NCBI GenBank assembly: GCA_963786935.1
Contig: CAWBAN010000002.1
Span: forward strand, 224,001 to 288,000
Source: an uncultured bacterium
GTDB taxonomy: Bacteria; Krumholzibacteriota; Krumholzibacteriia; Krumholzibacteriales; Krumholzibacteriaceae
Direction of reading: 5' to 3'
DNA length: 64,000 nt
In this document: piece after piece, positions 49,967-60,661 of the stretch
Layout of the letters: each line of letters begins with the position of its first letter
Numbering within the stretch: the stretch's first letter is position 1
Position numbers and translations under genes: made by a program
Notes under the pieces: model-generated
What the model was told of the DNA's origin: nothing
The model's database searches: none
Seen by the model: the letters and a program-made list of their open reading frames with translations, nothing else

Positions 49967-50991
49967 AAGCGATGGTCCTGAACAAGATCGTCAGTCTCGA
50001 CGAGACGGCGGCGCCGCTCGCCCTCACGGAGCTTCCCGCGCCGGCGCCGCGCGACAACGAGATTCTCGTCAAGGTGTCCGCGTGCGGCGTTTGCCATACG
50101 GAGCTGGACGAAATCGAGGGAAGAACGCCGCCGCCGCGGCTCCCCGTCATTCCCGGCCATCAGGTCGTCGGGCGCGTGGCGGGCGCGGGCCGCGCCGCGA
50201 AGAAATTCCGCTCCGGCGATCGCGTCGGCGTCGCGTGGATTCACTCGGCGTGCGGAGAGTGCGCCTTCTGCCGTTCGGGCCGCGAGAACCTCTGTGCCGA
50301 TTTTCGCGCGACGGGGCGCGACGCCGGCGGCGGCTACGCCGAATACATGACGGTGAGCGAGGATTTCGCCTTTTCGATCCCCGCGATCTTCACCGACGCC
50401 GAGGCCGCGCCGCTCCTCTGTGCGGGCGCGGTCGGATACCGCTCGCTCCGCCTCGCGAACCTCGAGAACGGGCACGGCCTCGGGCTCACCGGATTCGGCG
50501 CCTCCGGGCATCTCGTGCTCATGATGGCGCGGCACAAATATCCCGCCTCCCGCGTGTTCGTTTTCTCGCGGAGCCCGCGCGAGCGAGAATTCGCGATCGA
50601 GCTCGGCGCCTCATGGGCCGGCGACATCGGCGCGGACGTCCCCGAGCCGCTCTCGGCGATCATCGATACGACCCCGGCATGGCGGCCGATCGTCGAGGCC
50701 CTGAAGAACCTCGCGCCCGGCGGCCGCCTCGTGATCAACGCGATTCGCAAGGAGGAGCGCGACAAGGAGGCGCTGCTCCGGCTCGATTATTCCTCTCATC
50801 TCTGGATGGAACGGGAGATCAAGAGCGTGGCGAACGTGACGCGCGCCGACGTGCGCGAGTTTCTCGATCTCGCCGCCGCCGTTCCGATCCGGCCCGAGGT
50901 CGAGGAGTTCCGTTTGGAGGACGCCAACCGGGCGCTCGCCGAGCTCAGGGAGCGCAAAATCAGGGGCGCGAAGGTCCTCATGATTGCGTAG
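49963..50991 (+). CDS. Zinc-dependent alcohol dehydrogenase family protein
   Basis: CGVCHTE, PGHQ, CGECAFC...ENLC. Confidence 0.93.
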   Translation: MKAMVLNKIVSLDETAAPLALTELPAPAPRDNEILVKVSACGVCHTELDEIEGRTPPPRLPVIPGHQVVGRVAGAGRAAKKFRSGDRVGVAWIHSACGECAFCRSGRENLCADFRATGRDAGGGYAEYMTVSEDFAFSIPAIFTDAEAAPLLCAGAVGYRSLRLANLENGHGLGLTGFGASGHLVLMMARHKYPASRVFVFSRSPREREFAIELGASWAGDIGADVPEPLSAIIDTTPAWRPIVEALKNLAPGGRLVINAIRKEERDKEALLRLDYSSHLWMEREIKSVANVTRADVREFLDLAAAVPIRPEVEEFRLEDANRALAELRERKIRGAKVLMIA

Positions 50992-51122
50992 CGATGGATA
51001 GGCTGCCCGCCTCCGCCCATCATTTGCGATTCGATCTTTCCTGCGGCATGGAGCTTGCAAGTTATCCCCTCGAAGACGCGCTTTGGACCGGGGGGAAAGG
51101 CGCCAAAGAAAGGCGCTAACCG

Positions 51123-51680
51123 ATGGAAATAAAAGGACTTGTGATTCAGGCCCGCAAGGAGTACATCGAGAAGGATTTCGGCCCGGAGGCATTGCAGAAA
51201 GTCCTCGATGCACTGCCGCCTGACGACAGAAAAACGCTTACCAATCTGATCCTGACGGCGAACTGGTATCCGTTCGAGGTCGGGGAGCGTCTCGATCGGG
51301 CGATCGTCAACGTCCTCGGCGGAGGCAGGGAGAAGTTCTTCGAGGATATCGGCGCGCAATCGGCCCGGCGCGGCCTGACGAAGGTTCACAAGTCGTTTCT
51401 CGCCCCCGGCGACCCGCAGGCGTTCATGAAGAAGTGCGACATCATCTACAAGTTCTACTACGACACGGGACGCCGCGAATACACGCCGACCGGTCCCACG
51501 TCGGGCGTCATGACGACGATCGACGCCAAGACGTTTTCCATACCGGACTGCCTCACCGTTCTCGGCTGGCATAAAGAAGCGCTCCGCATGTGCGGAGCGC
51601 GCAATGTCGAGGGCTATGAGGAAGAGTGCCGCGCCAAGGGCGGGAGCTGCTGTCGCTACCGGTTCAAGTGGAGCATGTAG
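51123..51680 (+). CDS. Hypothetical protein with V4R-like C-terminus
   Basis: WYP motif; CRAKGGSCCRY. Confidence 0.7.
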   Translation: MEIKGLVIQARKEYIEKDFGPEALQKVLDALPPDDRKTLTNLILTANWYPFEVGERLDRAIVNVLGGGREKFFEDIGAQSARRGLTKVHKSFLAPGDPQAFMKKCDIIYKFYYDTGRREYTPTGPTSGVMTTIDAKTFSIPDCLTVLGWHKEALRMCGARNVEGYEEECRAKGGSCCRYRFKWSM

Positions 51681-51762
51681 CAGCGCCGCGCGGGGCGCCC
51701 GGCCCGCATGAGGCGCCGCGCAGCGCGGATTGAGCGCGCGCCACGCCTCGAAGCGCGCATCG

Positions 51763-52971
51763 CTACCGCGAGAACTCCACTCGATCGACCTCGTCCCATT
51801 CGATCTCGAATTCCTTCTCGCCGCTCGCCGTGACGAAGATTCCGTTGTTGTCGCCGTCGACGTCGTTCGAGCCGCGGAGCTTGAAGCTGCGGCCGTCCCA
51901 CATTGTCACGATCGATCCGTTGAAGCCGGACGGCGCGATCGACTTGATCGCGCCGAAGACGACGTCGAACTGGAGATCGCGATATTCGCCGTCGAGAATC
52001 TCCCACGTGAACTCCTCGTCGTCGTCCCATCGGATCGTGCCCGAGTATTTCTTGCCGTCGTCCGTGTATACAGCGCCGGTGAGGGGCCTGCCGCCGTCGA
52101 ATTTATCGTATGCGAGGGGCGCCGGGGGCGTTTTGAACTCGAGCTTGTCGAACTCGTCCCAGCCCGCCGTGACCTGGCCGATTCCGGGGTCGTACACGCA
52201 GATGCCGCGATTCGAATCGTCGACGTCGTTCGTCTCGCGGAGCACGATCTTGTCGCCGTCCGTCAGATTCACCGTGGCGCCGCCCGAGCCGCGCCGCTCG
52301 ATCGATTTGATCTTGCCGAACGGGACCTTGCGCGAGTGATCCTTGTACTCGCCGTCGAGCACGTCCTTCGCGAAAAGCTCGTCGAGGTCCCATCCGACCC
52401 ATCCCGTGTACTCGTCCCCCGCCCGCGTCGTGAGCGTGCCGTAGAGGCGATCGCCGAAGGTCGACGGGAGATCGGCCGGCCCCTGCGAGAGCTCGACCGT
52501 GTCGATCTCGTCCCAGTCGAACTCGATTTCTCCCTCTTTCGTGTCCTCGATGACGACCCCGCGGTTTTCGCTTCCGAGGTCCGTCGATCCGCCTTCGAGC
52601 CGGATCTTCTCGCCCGATTTGAGCGTCAGCCGTACGGCGTCCCCGCGGAGCGGCTCGATCGTCTTGATGTGGCCGAAGCAGATACCCGATTGGACGTTGT
52701 CGCCGCCGTCCGAATCCCAGCGTTCCCCGATCGTGATGCCGAATATCCTGACCGATTCGTGGCGGGAGCCGTGGCTCCGGTGGGATTCCTTGTCGCCGTT
52801 GAGGATGTCGCACCAGGAGCCCTCGTTCTTATCCCAGCGGATGAGCCCCTGATAGACGTCTCCGTCAACCGTCGTGATTTTGCCGTAGATCCTGCCACTG
52901 TCAGCCGAAGCTGTTGAAAGAAAAGCAATTAGCAATATGGCGGCTGAAGCGAAAATGGCGCTCAGTTTCAT
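51763..52971 (-). CDS. Secreted protein of three tandem ~120 aa repeats
   Basis: Signal peptide; repeated G...T..G..Y.G...WD and WDE.D..E motifs. Confidence 0.85.
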   Translation of the reverse strand: MKLSAIFASAAILLIAFLSTASADSGRIYGKITTVDGDVYQGLIRWDKNEGSWCDILNGDKESHRSHGSRHESVRIFGITIGERWDSDGGDNVQSGICFGHIKTIEPLRGDAVRLTLKSGEKIRLEGGSTDLGSENRGVVIEDTKEGEIEFDWDEIDTVELSQGPADLPSTFGDRLYGTLTTRAGDEYTGWVGWDLDELFAKDVLDGEYKDHSRKVPFGKIKSIERRGSGGATVNLTDGDKIVLRETNDVDDSNRGICVYDPGIGQVTAGWDEFDKLEFKTPPAPLAYDKFDGGRPLTGAVYTDDGKKYSGTIRWDDDEEFTWEILDGEYRDLQFDVVFGAIKSIAPSGFNGSIVTMWDGRSFKLRGSNDVDGDNNGIFVTASGEKEFEIEWDEVDRVEFSR

Positions 52972-53107
52972 GTTCCTGCACCTCCGATTATATGGATACC
53001 CATGCAATTTATACGCGCGCGCGAGGCGAATGGTTGCAGGCGGCGCCGAATTAATGCAACAATCGGGAATCCGCGAGCGTTCTTGAATGAGAGAGGAGGG
53101 AACGCTT

Positions 53108-53488
53108 ATGGAAAAGCATATAACGATTGTCGCCGCGCTCAGAATCGGCAACGGCCTGCTGGCGCTGATGGTCGCCGGGATCGTTCTCCTGGTCTTCATC
53201 GGTCCGGGCATCCTCGCCGAGTGTTGCGACGGGGACGCCGAGGCGCTGATGATACTCACGGCGATCGCGATACCGATCGCGTTCGTTTTTCTCGTGTCCG
53301 CCGTGCTCGACTTCATCGGCGGCATCGGAATCCTACGGCACAAGAACTGGGCCCGGTATCTCGTCATGGTGCACTCCGTGCTCGATCTGTTCAACATTCC
53401 CATCGGCACGGCGTTCGGAATCTACTGCATCTGGGCGCTCGCCCACGACGAGACCGCGCGGATGTTCAACAAACCCGCCGGAGAATAG
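53108..53488 (+). CDS. Membrane protein
   Basis: WAR...PIGTAFGIY..W. Confidence 0.8.
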   Translation: MEKHITIVAALRIGNGLLALMVAGIVLLVFIGPGILAECCDGDAEALMILTAIAIPIAFVFLVSAVLDFIGGIGILRHKNWARYLVMVHSVLDLFNIPIGTAFGIYCIWALAHDETARMFNKPAGE

Positions 53489-53494
53489 GAGCGA

Positions 53495-54880
53495 ATGCGC
53501 CGCCTTTCGCCGGCTCAAGCGGCAGCGCTCGTCTGGTGCGCGATCACCGTCGCGATGATCGCGCACGCTCTCGGTGTGTACTCCGCCGGCGGCGTCGAGG
53601 GGCTCAAGGCGGTCATCCAGCAGGGGCCCCTCTCCGACGTCGCGATCACGTTCTTCTCCGCCGCGCTCGCGTGGCTCCTCGCCGGCGCCTTCCTGCTGCT
53701 CGTCGCGCGCCGGATCATTCATAAGGGAAACGCCGTCACCGCCGCGTGCTTCTTCGTTGTGGCGCTCCTCTACGTCAATTTCCTGCGCGAGCGCACCGTG
53801 TACGGCGACATTCTCGATTACGTCAAGGCGGCGGGGAACCTCTATCGGGGTGAGCCGCTCCACGAGCGCTACCTCTATCCGCCGCTCTGGGCGACGCTGC
53901 TGAAGCCGCTCGTGCCGTTCGGCTGGCGCGCGATCTTCGACGTCTGCTGGATTCTGAACGCGCTCTCCCTCTTCGCGTTCTTCTTTCTGCTGCACGCGGC
54001 GCTGAAACGGTACGGCTTCGGGGCGAGCCTCGCCGCGATCGTCACGGCCGTCTTCATGCTCGTCAACGCGCCGGTCATCCGGACCCTCTGCTACGTGCAG
54101 GTCAATTTCCACGTGATGAACCTGATCCTCGCCGCGCTGCTCCTCTATCCGCGGTCGGCGGCGCTCTCGGCGCTCGCATTGGCGCTCGCCGTTCACCTCA
54201 AGGCGTCCCCCGCGGTGCTCGCGCTCGCGTTTCTCTCGCGGCGCGACTGGAAGTGGCTCGCGTGGTTCGCTGGATCGACGATCGGGATCGGCGTTTTGAC
54301 GGTCGCCGGCTCCGGGCTCGCGGCGTATCGAGAATTTCTCGCGAACGTCGGGGCGCTCTATGGAGCGGGGGATCCGAGCTTCCGGGAAAATTCGATCGAT
54401 TCGTTTGTGACGGCGCTCTTCGCCTCGCTCGGCGCCGGGCCGGCGTTCGTGCAGTATCTCGCGGCGCCGCTGAAGATCGTCGCGGCCTTCGCGGCGATCG
54501 CCGTCATGTCGCGGAACACGCGGCGCGAGACGTTCCTCGCGGGCGGAGGGGAAAACGGGCGCGTCCTCAACGCCGTGCCCGCACTCCTTGCGCTCATGAC
54601 GCTTCTCTCGCCGCTCATGTGGGAGCACCACGGCGTATTCCTCGCGCTTTCGTTTCTCGTGATGCTGAAGAAGCTCTCGTCGGCCGGAGAATGGGCGGTC
54701 TTCGGCGCGGCGTATTTCCTCGCATTCCTCGTGCCGACGTTCGATTTCTTCCCGTGGTCGTACGGGCGGCTGCTCGCGATCCTCGCGTGGCTCTGGCTCG
54801 CGTGGCGCGTGTCGGGCCGGGCGGGGGCGTCGGCCGCGTTCGAACGGGTGAACGCGGCGCTGGAGCGTGCGTCGTCATGA
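53495..54880 (+). CDS. GT87/DUF2029-like membrane glycosyltransferase
   Basis: YLYPP, KASP, SPLMWEHH. Confidence 0.8.
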   Translation: MRRLSPAQAAALVWCAITVAMIAHALGVYSAGGVEGLKAVIQQGPLSDVAITFFSAALAWLLAGAFLLLVARRIIHKGNAVTAACFFVVALLYVNFLRERTVYGDILDYVKAAGNLYRGEPLHERYLYPPLWATLLKPLVPFGWRAIFDVCWILNALSLFAFFFLLHAALKRYGFGASLAAIVTAVFMLVNAPVIRTLCYVQVNFHVMNLILAALLLYPRSAALSALALALAVHLKASPAVLALAFLSRRDWKWLAWFAGSTIGIGVLTVAGSGLAAYREFLANVGALYGAGDPSFRENSIDSFVTALFASLGAGPAFVQYLAAPLKIVAAFAAIAVMSRNTRRETFLAGGGENGRVLNAVPALLALMTLLSPLMWEHHGVFLALSFLVMLKKLSSAGEWAVFGAAYFLAFLVPTFDFFPWSYGRLLAILAWLWLAWRVSGRAGASAAFERVNAALERASS

Positions 54881-55926
54881 ACACGACGGACATCCCCGCG
54901 GGCGGCGCGCGCCCCCGCTGGACGACATTCGCGATCATCCTCTCCGTCTCCGCCGTCCTCGCGTACATCTATTTCAGGCAGGTGGGGAGCCCGTATGCCG
55001 TGGAACGCATCGAGCTCCACGAGCGGATACTCGCGGGAGCCGCGGAATCGCCGTACCGCTACCGCGTGCTCGTGCCGTGCCTCGCGGAAGGGCTCACGCG
55101 CGCATTGAGCGCGGCGCTTCCGGGGGGCAAGGCGTTCCTTCTCTCGTATGCGCTCCTCGATCTCGCGGCGATCCTGCTCCTGCTCGGCGTTCTCTACCGC
55201 TATCTCAGGGCGTGGTTCACGAGCGATCAGGCGCTCATCGGTGTGCTGTTCGCGGCCGCGACGATGCCGATGGCGCTCAGAGATCACTACTACCAGCCAT
55301 GGAGCGTCCTCGAGGCGGGGCTCTTCGCGGCGGGACTGCTCTGCATCCGCGACCGGCTCTATGTCTTGCTCGCGCTGATCGTGGCGCTCGCGTCGTTCAA
55401 CCGGGAGACGGCGGTGTTCATCCCGCTCGCGTTTCTCGTCTGCGCCATCGGTGAGAACGGGACGGACAACGAGAACGACGAGAGCGGCGCGAAGCGCGCG
55501 CACGATCTCTCGAGGCGAAGGTTCATCCTTCTCTTCGCCGCCTACGTCGCGATATGGGCTGTTGTGTTCTTCGGGCTGCGGTGGTTCTTCGGCGAGGGTC
55601 CGCGCATCGTTTCGGTCCGGGAGCTTCTCGCGAGAAACACGATCCGGCCGGCGATCTTCCGGACGGCCGTGCACCTCGCGCTCATCTTCGGCGCGTTCTG
55701 GCTGTTCGCGATCTTCGGGTTCCGCCGCTCGCCCCCGTTCGTGAAGCGCACCGTTCTGCTGGCGCCCGCGTACCTCGTCGTCATCGCCCTCTGGGGCGTC
55801 TGGTACGAGGTGCGGCTCCTCATGCCGCTCTATGCGATCGTCGTGCCGCTCGGGCTTTCGTTCCTCTACCCCCGCGGCGAGGCTTACCCGGCGCCCCGGT
55901 CCCCGGAGAACCCGCCGAATCCCTGA
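54877..55926 (+). CDS. Multi-pass membrane protein (GT-C-like)
   Basis: PYRYRVL, NRET, many TM segments. Confidence 0.75.
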   Translation: MNTTDIPAGGARPRWTTFAIILSVSAVLAYIYFRQVGSPYAVERIELHERILAGAAESPYRYRVLVPCLAEGLTRALSAALPGGKAFLLSYALLDLAAILLLLGVLYRYLRAWFTSDQALIGVLFAAATMPMALRDHYYQPWSVLEAGLFAAGLLCIRDRLYVLLALIVALASFNRETAVFIPLAFLVCAIGENGTDNENDESGAKRAHDLSRRRFILLFAAYVAIWAVVFFGLRWFFGEGPRIVSVRELLARNTIRPAIFRTAVHLALIFGAFWLFAIFGFRRSPPFVKRTVLLAPAYLVVIALWGVWYEVRLLMPLYAIVVPLGLSFLYPRGEAYPAPRSPENPPNP

Positions 55927-56038
55927 AATTGCGGCTTGCGCGACGAACGTATGTGCCGCACAATGATCCCCGACCGCTCTGCGCGTCGCGCGCCCTCTGC
56001 GCGCGGGCGCGATGCTCTCTCGTGAAAGGAGGCCGCTC

Positions 56039-56245
56039 ATGACGGCGAACATTGGAACGATCGACCGGGCCATCAGGTTCATTCTGGTTTTTGTCGTGAT
56101 CATTCTCCTCGTGACGAGAACGGTGCATGGCGCGCTCGCCATCATTCTCGGCATCATCGGGGCGATGCTCTTGATCACCGCGTTCGTCAGATACTGCGCG
56201 CTCTACAGCCTCTTGAAGACCACGACGATCAAAAAGGCGAAGTAG
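56039..56245 (+). CDS. DUF2892 (YgaP-like) membrane protein
   Basis: NIGTIDRAIR...C.LY. Confidence 0.85.
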   Translation: MTANIGTIDRAIRFILVFVVIILLVTRTVHGALAIILGIIGAMLLITAFVRYCALYSLLKTTTIKKAK

Positions 56246-56282
56246 CCGGGTCAGGCGAACGTCAATCCCCGAAGGATCGATC

Positions 56283-56687
56283 ATGCCGATCAAGCTGGTT
56301 GCCGCGGCTATCATTATCTCAGGCGGCAGGGTGCTCCTCGCGCGCCGGAAGCAGGGGGACAGCCATCAGGGCTTCTGGGAGTTCCCGGGAGGGGTCGTGG
56401 AGCCGGGCGAAACGGTCGAGGCGTGCCTCGCGCGCGAGCTGAAGGAAGAGCTCGGCGTCGACGCGCGGGTCGGCGAAGAGATCGCGCGGAACGAGCATCG
56501 CTCCGCGCGCGGCGGGATGGACCTCGTGGCGCTGCGCGCGAGCGTCGCGTCCGAGGACTTCACGCTCACGGCGCACGACGCGGTCGAATGGGTGAGGCCG
56601 GGCGATCTCGAGCGCTACAGGCTCGCCCCGGCGGATCTGCCGATCGCCGCGGCGCTCCGCGAAAGGACGGATCTGTTTCGGCCATGA
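56283..56687 (+). CDS. MutT-like NUDIX hydrolase
   Basis: WEFPGG.VE.GE.....LARELKEELG. Confidence 0.93.
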   Translation: MPIKLVAAAIIISGGRVLLARRKQGDSHQGFWEFPGGVVEPGETVEACLARELKEELGVDARVGEEIARNEHRSARGGMDLVALRASVASEDFTLTAHDAVEWVRPGDLERYRLAPADLPIAAALRERTDLFRP

Positions 56688-57874
56688 AGAATGTCATTCT
56701 CAAACGCGGCCGCGAAAAATCGATGCTGCGCAGGCATCCGTGGATATTCTCGGGGGCCATCGCCCGGATCGAGGGAGATCCGCGCGCGGGGGAGACCGTC
56801 GACATTCTCACGGCCGACGGCGCGCTCCTCGCCCGGGGCGCCTATTCCCCCCACTCGCAGATGACGGCGCGGGTGTGGACGTTCGATCCGCAGGAAGAGA
56901 TAACGCCCGAGTTCTTCGCCGCCCGCATCGCGCGCGCCGTCGAGGCGCGCCGCGCGCTCATGGCGGTGGACGGGCCGCCGGGCGTGCGCCTCGTCAACGC
57001 CGAATCGGACGGACTGCCGGGAATCATCGTCGACCGCTACGGCGAGTTCCTCGTCGCACAGTTTCTCACGACGGGGGCGGAGCACTGGAAGACGGCCGTC
57101 GCCGAAGCGCTCATGCGCTTCGAGGGGGTCGCGGGCGTCTACGAGCGCTCCGACGCCGACGTGCGCGAGAAGGAGGGGCTCCCGAAGTGCGCGGGCGCGC
57201 TCGCCGGCGCCGAGCCCCCCGATCTCGTCGAGATCGCCGAGGGCTCGTGTCGGTATCTCGTCGACGTCAAGCGCGGGCACAAGACCGGGTTCTATCTCGA
57301 CCAGCGCGAGAACCGCGCGATGATGGCCGAGTTCGCCCCCGGGGCCGCCGTGCTCAATTGCTTCTCATACACGGGAGGCTTCGGGATCGCGGCGCTCGCG
57401 GCCGGAGCCGTCGCCGCGACGAACGTCGATTCGTCGGCGCGCGCGCTCGAGCTCGCCGCGCGGAACGCGACTCTCAACGGCATCGACGAATCGGAGATCG
57501 AGAACGTCGAGGGGGACGCATTCGCCGTCCTGCGGAAGTGGCGCGAAGAGGGGCGCATGTTCGACGTGATCGTTCTCGATCCGCCCAAATTCGCCGAATC
57601 GAAGGCGAATCTCCTGCGCGCGAGCCGCGGATACAAGGACATCAACATGCTCGCCTTCGAGCTGCTCGGGCCGGGCGGGATCCTGTTCACCTTTTCGTGC
57701 TCCGGGCTCATGGAGCCGGATCTCTTCCAGAAGATCGTCGCCGACGCGGCGCTCGACGCAAGGTGCGAGGCGCAGATCGTCAGGCGCCTCGCGCAGGCCG
57801 CCGATCATCCGACGCTCCTCAGCTTCCCCGAGAGCGCCTATCTCAAGGGATTCATCTGCAGGGTCGTGGGCTGA
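56684..57874 (+). CDS. rlmI: RlmI-family rRNA methyltransferase
   Basis: RRHPWIFSG, GHKTGFYLDQR, DPPKF, YLKG. Confidence 0.9.
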   Translation: MKNVILKRGREKSMLRRHPWIFSGAIARIEGDPRAGETVDILTADGALLARGAYSPHSQMTARVWTFDPQEEITPEFFAARIARAVEARRALMAVDGPPGVRLVNAESDGLPGIIVDRYGEFLVAQFLTTGAEHWKTAVAEALMRFEGVAGVYERSDADVREKEGLPKCAGALAGAEPPDLVEIAEGSCRYLVDVKRGHKTGFYLDQRENRAMMAEFAPGAAVLNCFSYTGGFGIAALAAGAVAATNVDSSARALELAARNATLNGIDESEIENVEGDAFAVLRKWREEGRMFDVIVLDPPKFAESKANLLRASRGYKDINMLAFELLGPGGILFTFSCSGLMEPDLFQKIVADAALDARCEAQIVRRLAQAADHPTLLSFPESAYLKGFICRVVG

Positions 57875-59738
57875 TGCGAACGAAACGGCGCGTGTTTCTC
57901 CGCGCGGCGGCGATCGCCGCACTATCGGCAGCCCTTCTGTTCGCCGGTGTGGTTGGTGTGGTGTCTGATGGGGCCACGCGCGACGGCGGCGCGGCAGCCG
58001 GTGGCGCCCCGGCGAAGATTCCACAGAGACGATGGGTCTATATCTCGACCAACCTGTACGTCGACGAGAACGTCCGAAAGATCGAGGACGTCATGCGGCG
58101 CGCCCGCGCGGCGGATTTCACCGGCGTTCTCCTCTCCGACACGAAGACGCTCGCGGCGCCGCTCCTCGACGAGCCGGAGCGCTGGAAGCGGAACGCGGCG
58201 AAGGTGCGCGCCGCGGCGAGCGAGCTCGGCCTCGAGTTCGTCGTCTCGGTCTTTCCCTTCGGCTACAGCGAGTCGTTCCTCGCGAACGATCCCGACCTCG
58301 CCGCGGGGCTTCCCGTCAAGAACGCCGCGCTCGTGCGGCGCGGCGACCGGCTCGTTCCCGAAGAGACCGCGCTCGTCAAAAACGGATCGTTCGAGGAATA
58401 CAAGGGCGACCGCGTCGAGAGCTTCGGCTTGCAGGACGATTCGGGAAAGGGTTCGTTCGTCGACACGCGCGCGAGCAGGGAAGGACGCGCCTCGCTTCGC
58501 TTCGAAGGCGCGGGCCTCGGGAGAGAGCATGGCTTGGGGCGCGCGTTCCAGAGAATCGCGGTCAAACCGTGGCAGCAGTACCGGATCAGGGTCTGGATGA
58601 AAGCCGATCGTCTGACGGCCGATATGATCGGCGTCGTCGCGCTCGTCGAGCGCCGCACGCTCCAGTATCAGGATCCCGTCGTTCCCGACGACGGGGGATT
58701 CAGATATTCGCCCGGCGCCGATAACCTCACGACGGATTGGATCGAGCAATCGATGACGTTCAACAGCCTCGGATACTCGAGCGTGATCGTCGGCGCGGGC
58801 GTCTGGGGAGCGAAAAGCGGCACGATCTGGTGGGACGATCTGCGCGTCGACGCCGTGCCGGCGCTCAACGTGCTCCGGCGCGAGTCGCTCCCCCTCACGA
58901 TCACCGGCAGGCGCGGCGCCGTGTACGAGGAAGGGAGGGACTTCGATCGGATCGAGGACCCGCTCCTCGGACGGTCCCGCTGGCAGGGGAATTACGACAC
59001 GCGGCACGAGCCCCCCCGATCCGCGTTCCCGCGGGATCGCGCATCCGGGAGGGAGAGCGCGTGTTCCTGTCGTGCTACAACACGCCGATAGTCCATTCCG
59101 GGCAGGTGAGCTGCACTCTCGCCGACGAGAAGATCTTCGACCTGTGCCGGCGGCAGATCGAATTGACGCGCGAGACGCTCGCGCCCGACGGGTATATGTT
59201 CGCTATCGACGAGATTCGCTGCGCCGGATGGGAGCCCGCGGACCGGAAACGCTTCCGGAGCTCCGGGGAGCTCCTCGCGTACAACATGCGCCGATGCGCC
59301 GAGATCGCGCGGGCGGCCGGCGGAGGAAAGCCCCTGTACGTGTGGTCCGACATGTTCGATCCGAATCACAACGCCCGCAAAGACTACTATCTCGTGAACA
59401 ACACCTTCGCGGGATCGTGGAAGGGGCTCGACCGGGACGTCGTCGTCGTGAAATGGGGCCTGCCTGAGAGAGCGGCCGAGAGCCTCGAGTTTTTCTCGAA
59501 GCACGTCGAGAGCGTCATGATCGCCGCGTACTACGACGAGGACGTGGCCGCGAACCGCGCCGTCTGGGCGAATGTCGCGGGCGCGGCCCCGGGCTCCGGC
59601 GAAACGCCTGGCGCGCCCGGCGCGGCCCCGAACGTCTCCGGTTTCATATACACGACCTGGCGCGGCGATTACTCGAAGCTCGAGGAGTTCGCGAGGCTCT
59701 GGTGGGGCGGCGGGCGCGAGGCGCGGGAACAGCGATGA
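57874..59738 (+). pseudogene. Secreted glycoside-hydrolase/CBM-like protein frameshifted at a C7 run (59011-59017)
   Basis: The reading switches frame at HEPP; both halves look protein-like (NGSFE, DEIR, WSDMFDP.HNA). Confidence 0.75.
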
Positions 59739-60640
59739 TGAAGGGCTTCATCTTCGACGTGAGGCGATACGCCATCCACGACGGGCCGGGCATCCGGACG
59801 ACCGTCTTCCTCAAGGGATGCCCGCTCTCGTGCTGGTGGTGCCACAATCCCGAGAGCCAGTCGCCGGCGCCGGAGCTCGTCTTCCGCGCCGGGCGCTGCA
59901 TCGCGTGCGGCGCATGCGTCGAGGCGTGCCCGGAGCACGCGATCTCGTGGAACGGGACGGGTCCGGAGCCGGGTCCCGGCGCGTGCGCGCGCTGCGGCGC
60001 TTGCGCGGAGGCCTGCTGGGCCGAGGCGCGCGCGATCGCGGGGCGCGAGGCGACCGTCGAAGAGGTGATGGCCGAAGTTGAGCGAGATGCCACGTTCTAC
60101 GAACGGTCGGGGGGCGGTGTGACCTTCTCGGGGGGAGAGCCGCTCATGCAAATCGAATTTCTCGACGCGCTGCTGCGGGCGAGCCGCGAGCGCGGATTCC
60201 ACCGGGCCCTCGATACGTGCGGCTACGCGCCGTGGGAGTCGATCGAGCGGATCCGCCGGACGGTCGATCTTTTCCTCTACGACGTCAAGGTCGTCGACGA
60301 CGCGAGGCATCGCGAGCTCACCGGGGTCTCGAACGGGCAAATCGTGGCGAACCTGAAGGCCCTATCGGGCCTCGGCCACGCCATCCGGATTCGTTTTCCG
60401 GTCATTCCGGGAATGAACGACGACGCGGAAAATATCAAGGCTATCGGAGCGCTTTCAAAGGACTTGCCCGCCTTATTAGGAATTGATATAATTCCAAACA
60501 ACAGGCTGGCCGCGGAAAAGTACGCCCGGCTCGGGAGGACGTACCGGCTGGCGGACGCGCCGGCGCTTTCCGCGGAACGGACAGCCGAGATCGCGCACAC
60601 GCTGGGCGCTTTCGGATTGCGCGTGAATATCGGCGGATGA
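59735..60640 (+). CDS. Glycyl-radical enzyme activating protein (radical SAM)
   Basis: HDGPGIRT, CPLSCWWCHNPE, ferredoxin-like insert. Confidence 0.95.
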   Translation: MMKGFIFDVRRYAIHDGPGIRTTVFLKGCPLSCWWCHNPESQSPAPELVFRAGRCIACGACVEACPEHAISWNGTGPEPGPGACARCGACAEACWAEARAIAGREATVEEVMAEVERDATFYERSGGGVTFSGGEPLMQIEFLDALLRASRERGFHRALDTCGYAPWESIERIRRTVDLFLYDVKVVDDARHRELTGVSNGQIVANLKALSGLGHAIRIRFPVIPGMNDDAENIKAIGALSKDLPALLGIDIIPNNRLAAEKYARLGRTYRLADAPALSAERTAEIAHTLGAFGLRVNIGG

Positions 60641-60661
60641 ATCCATCCGGGGGTTGATCTC

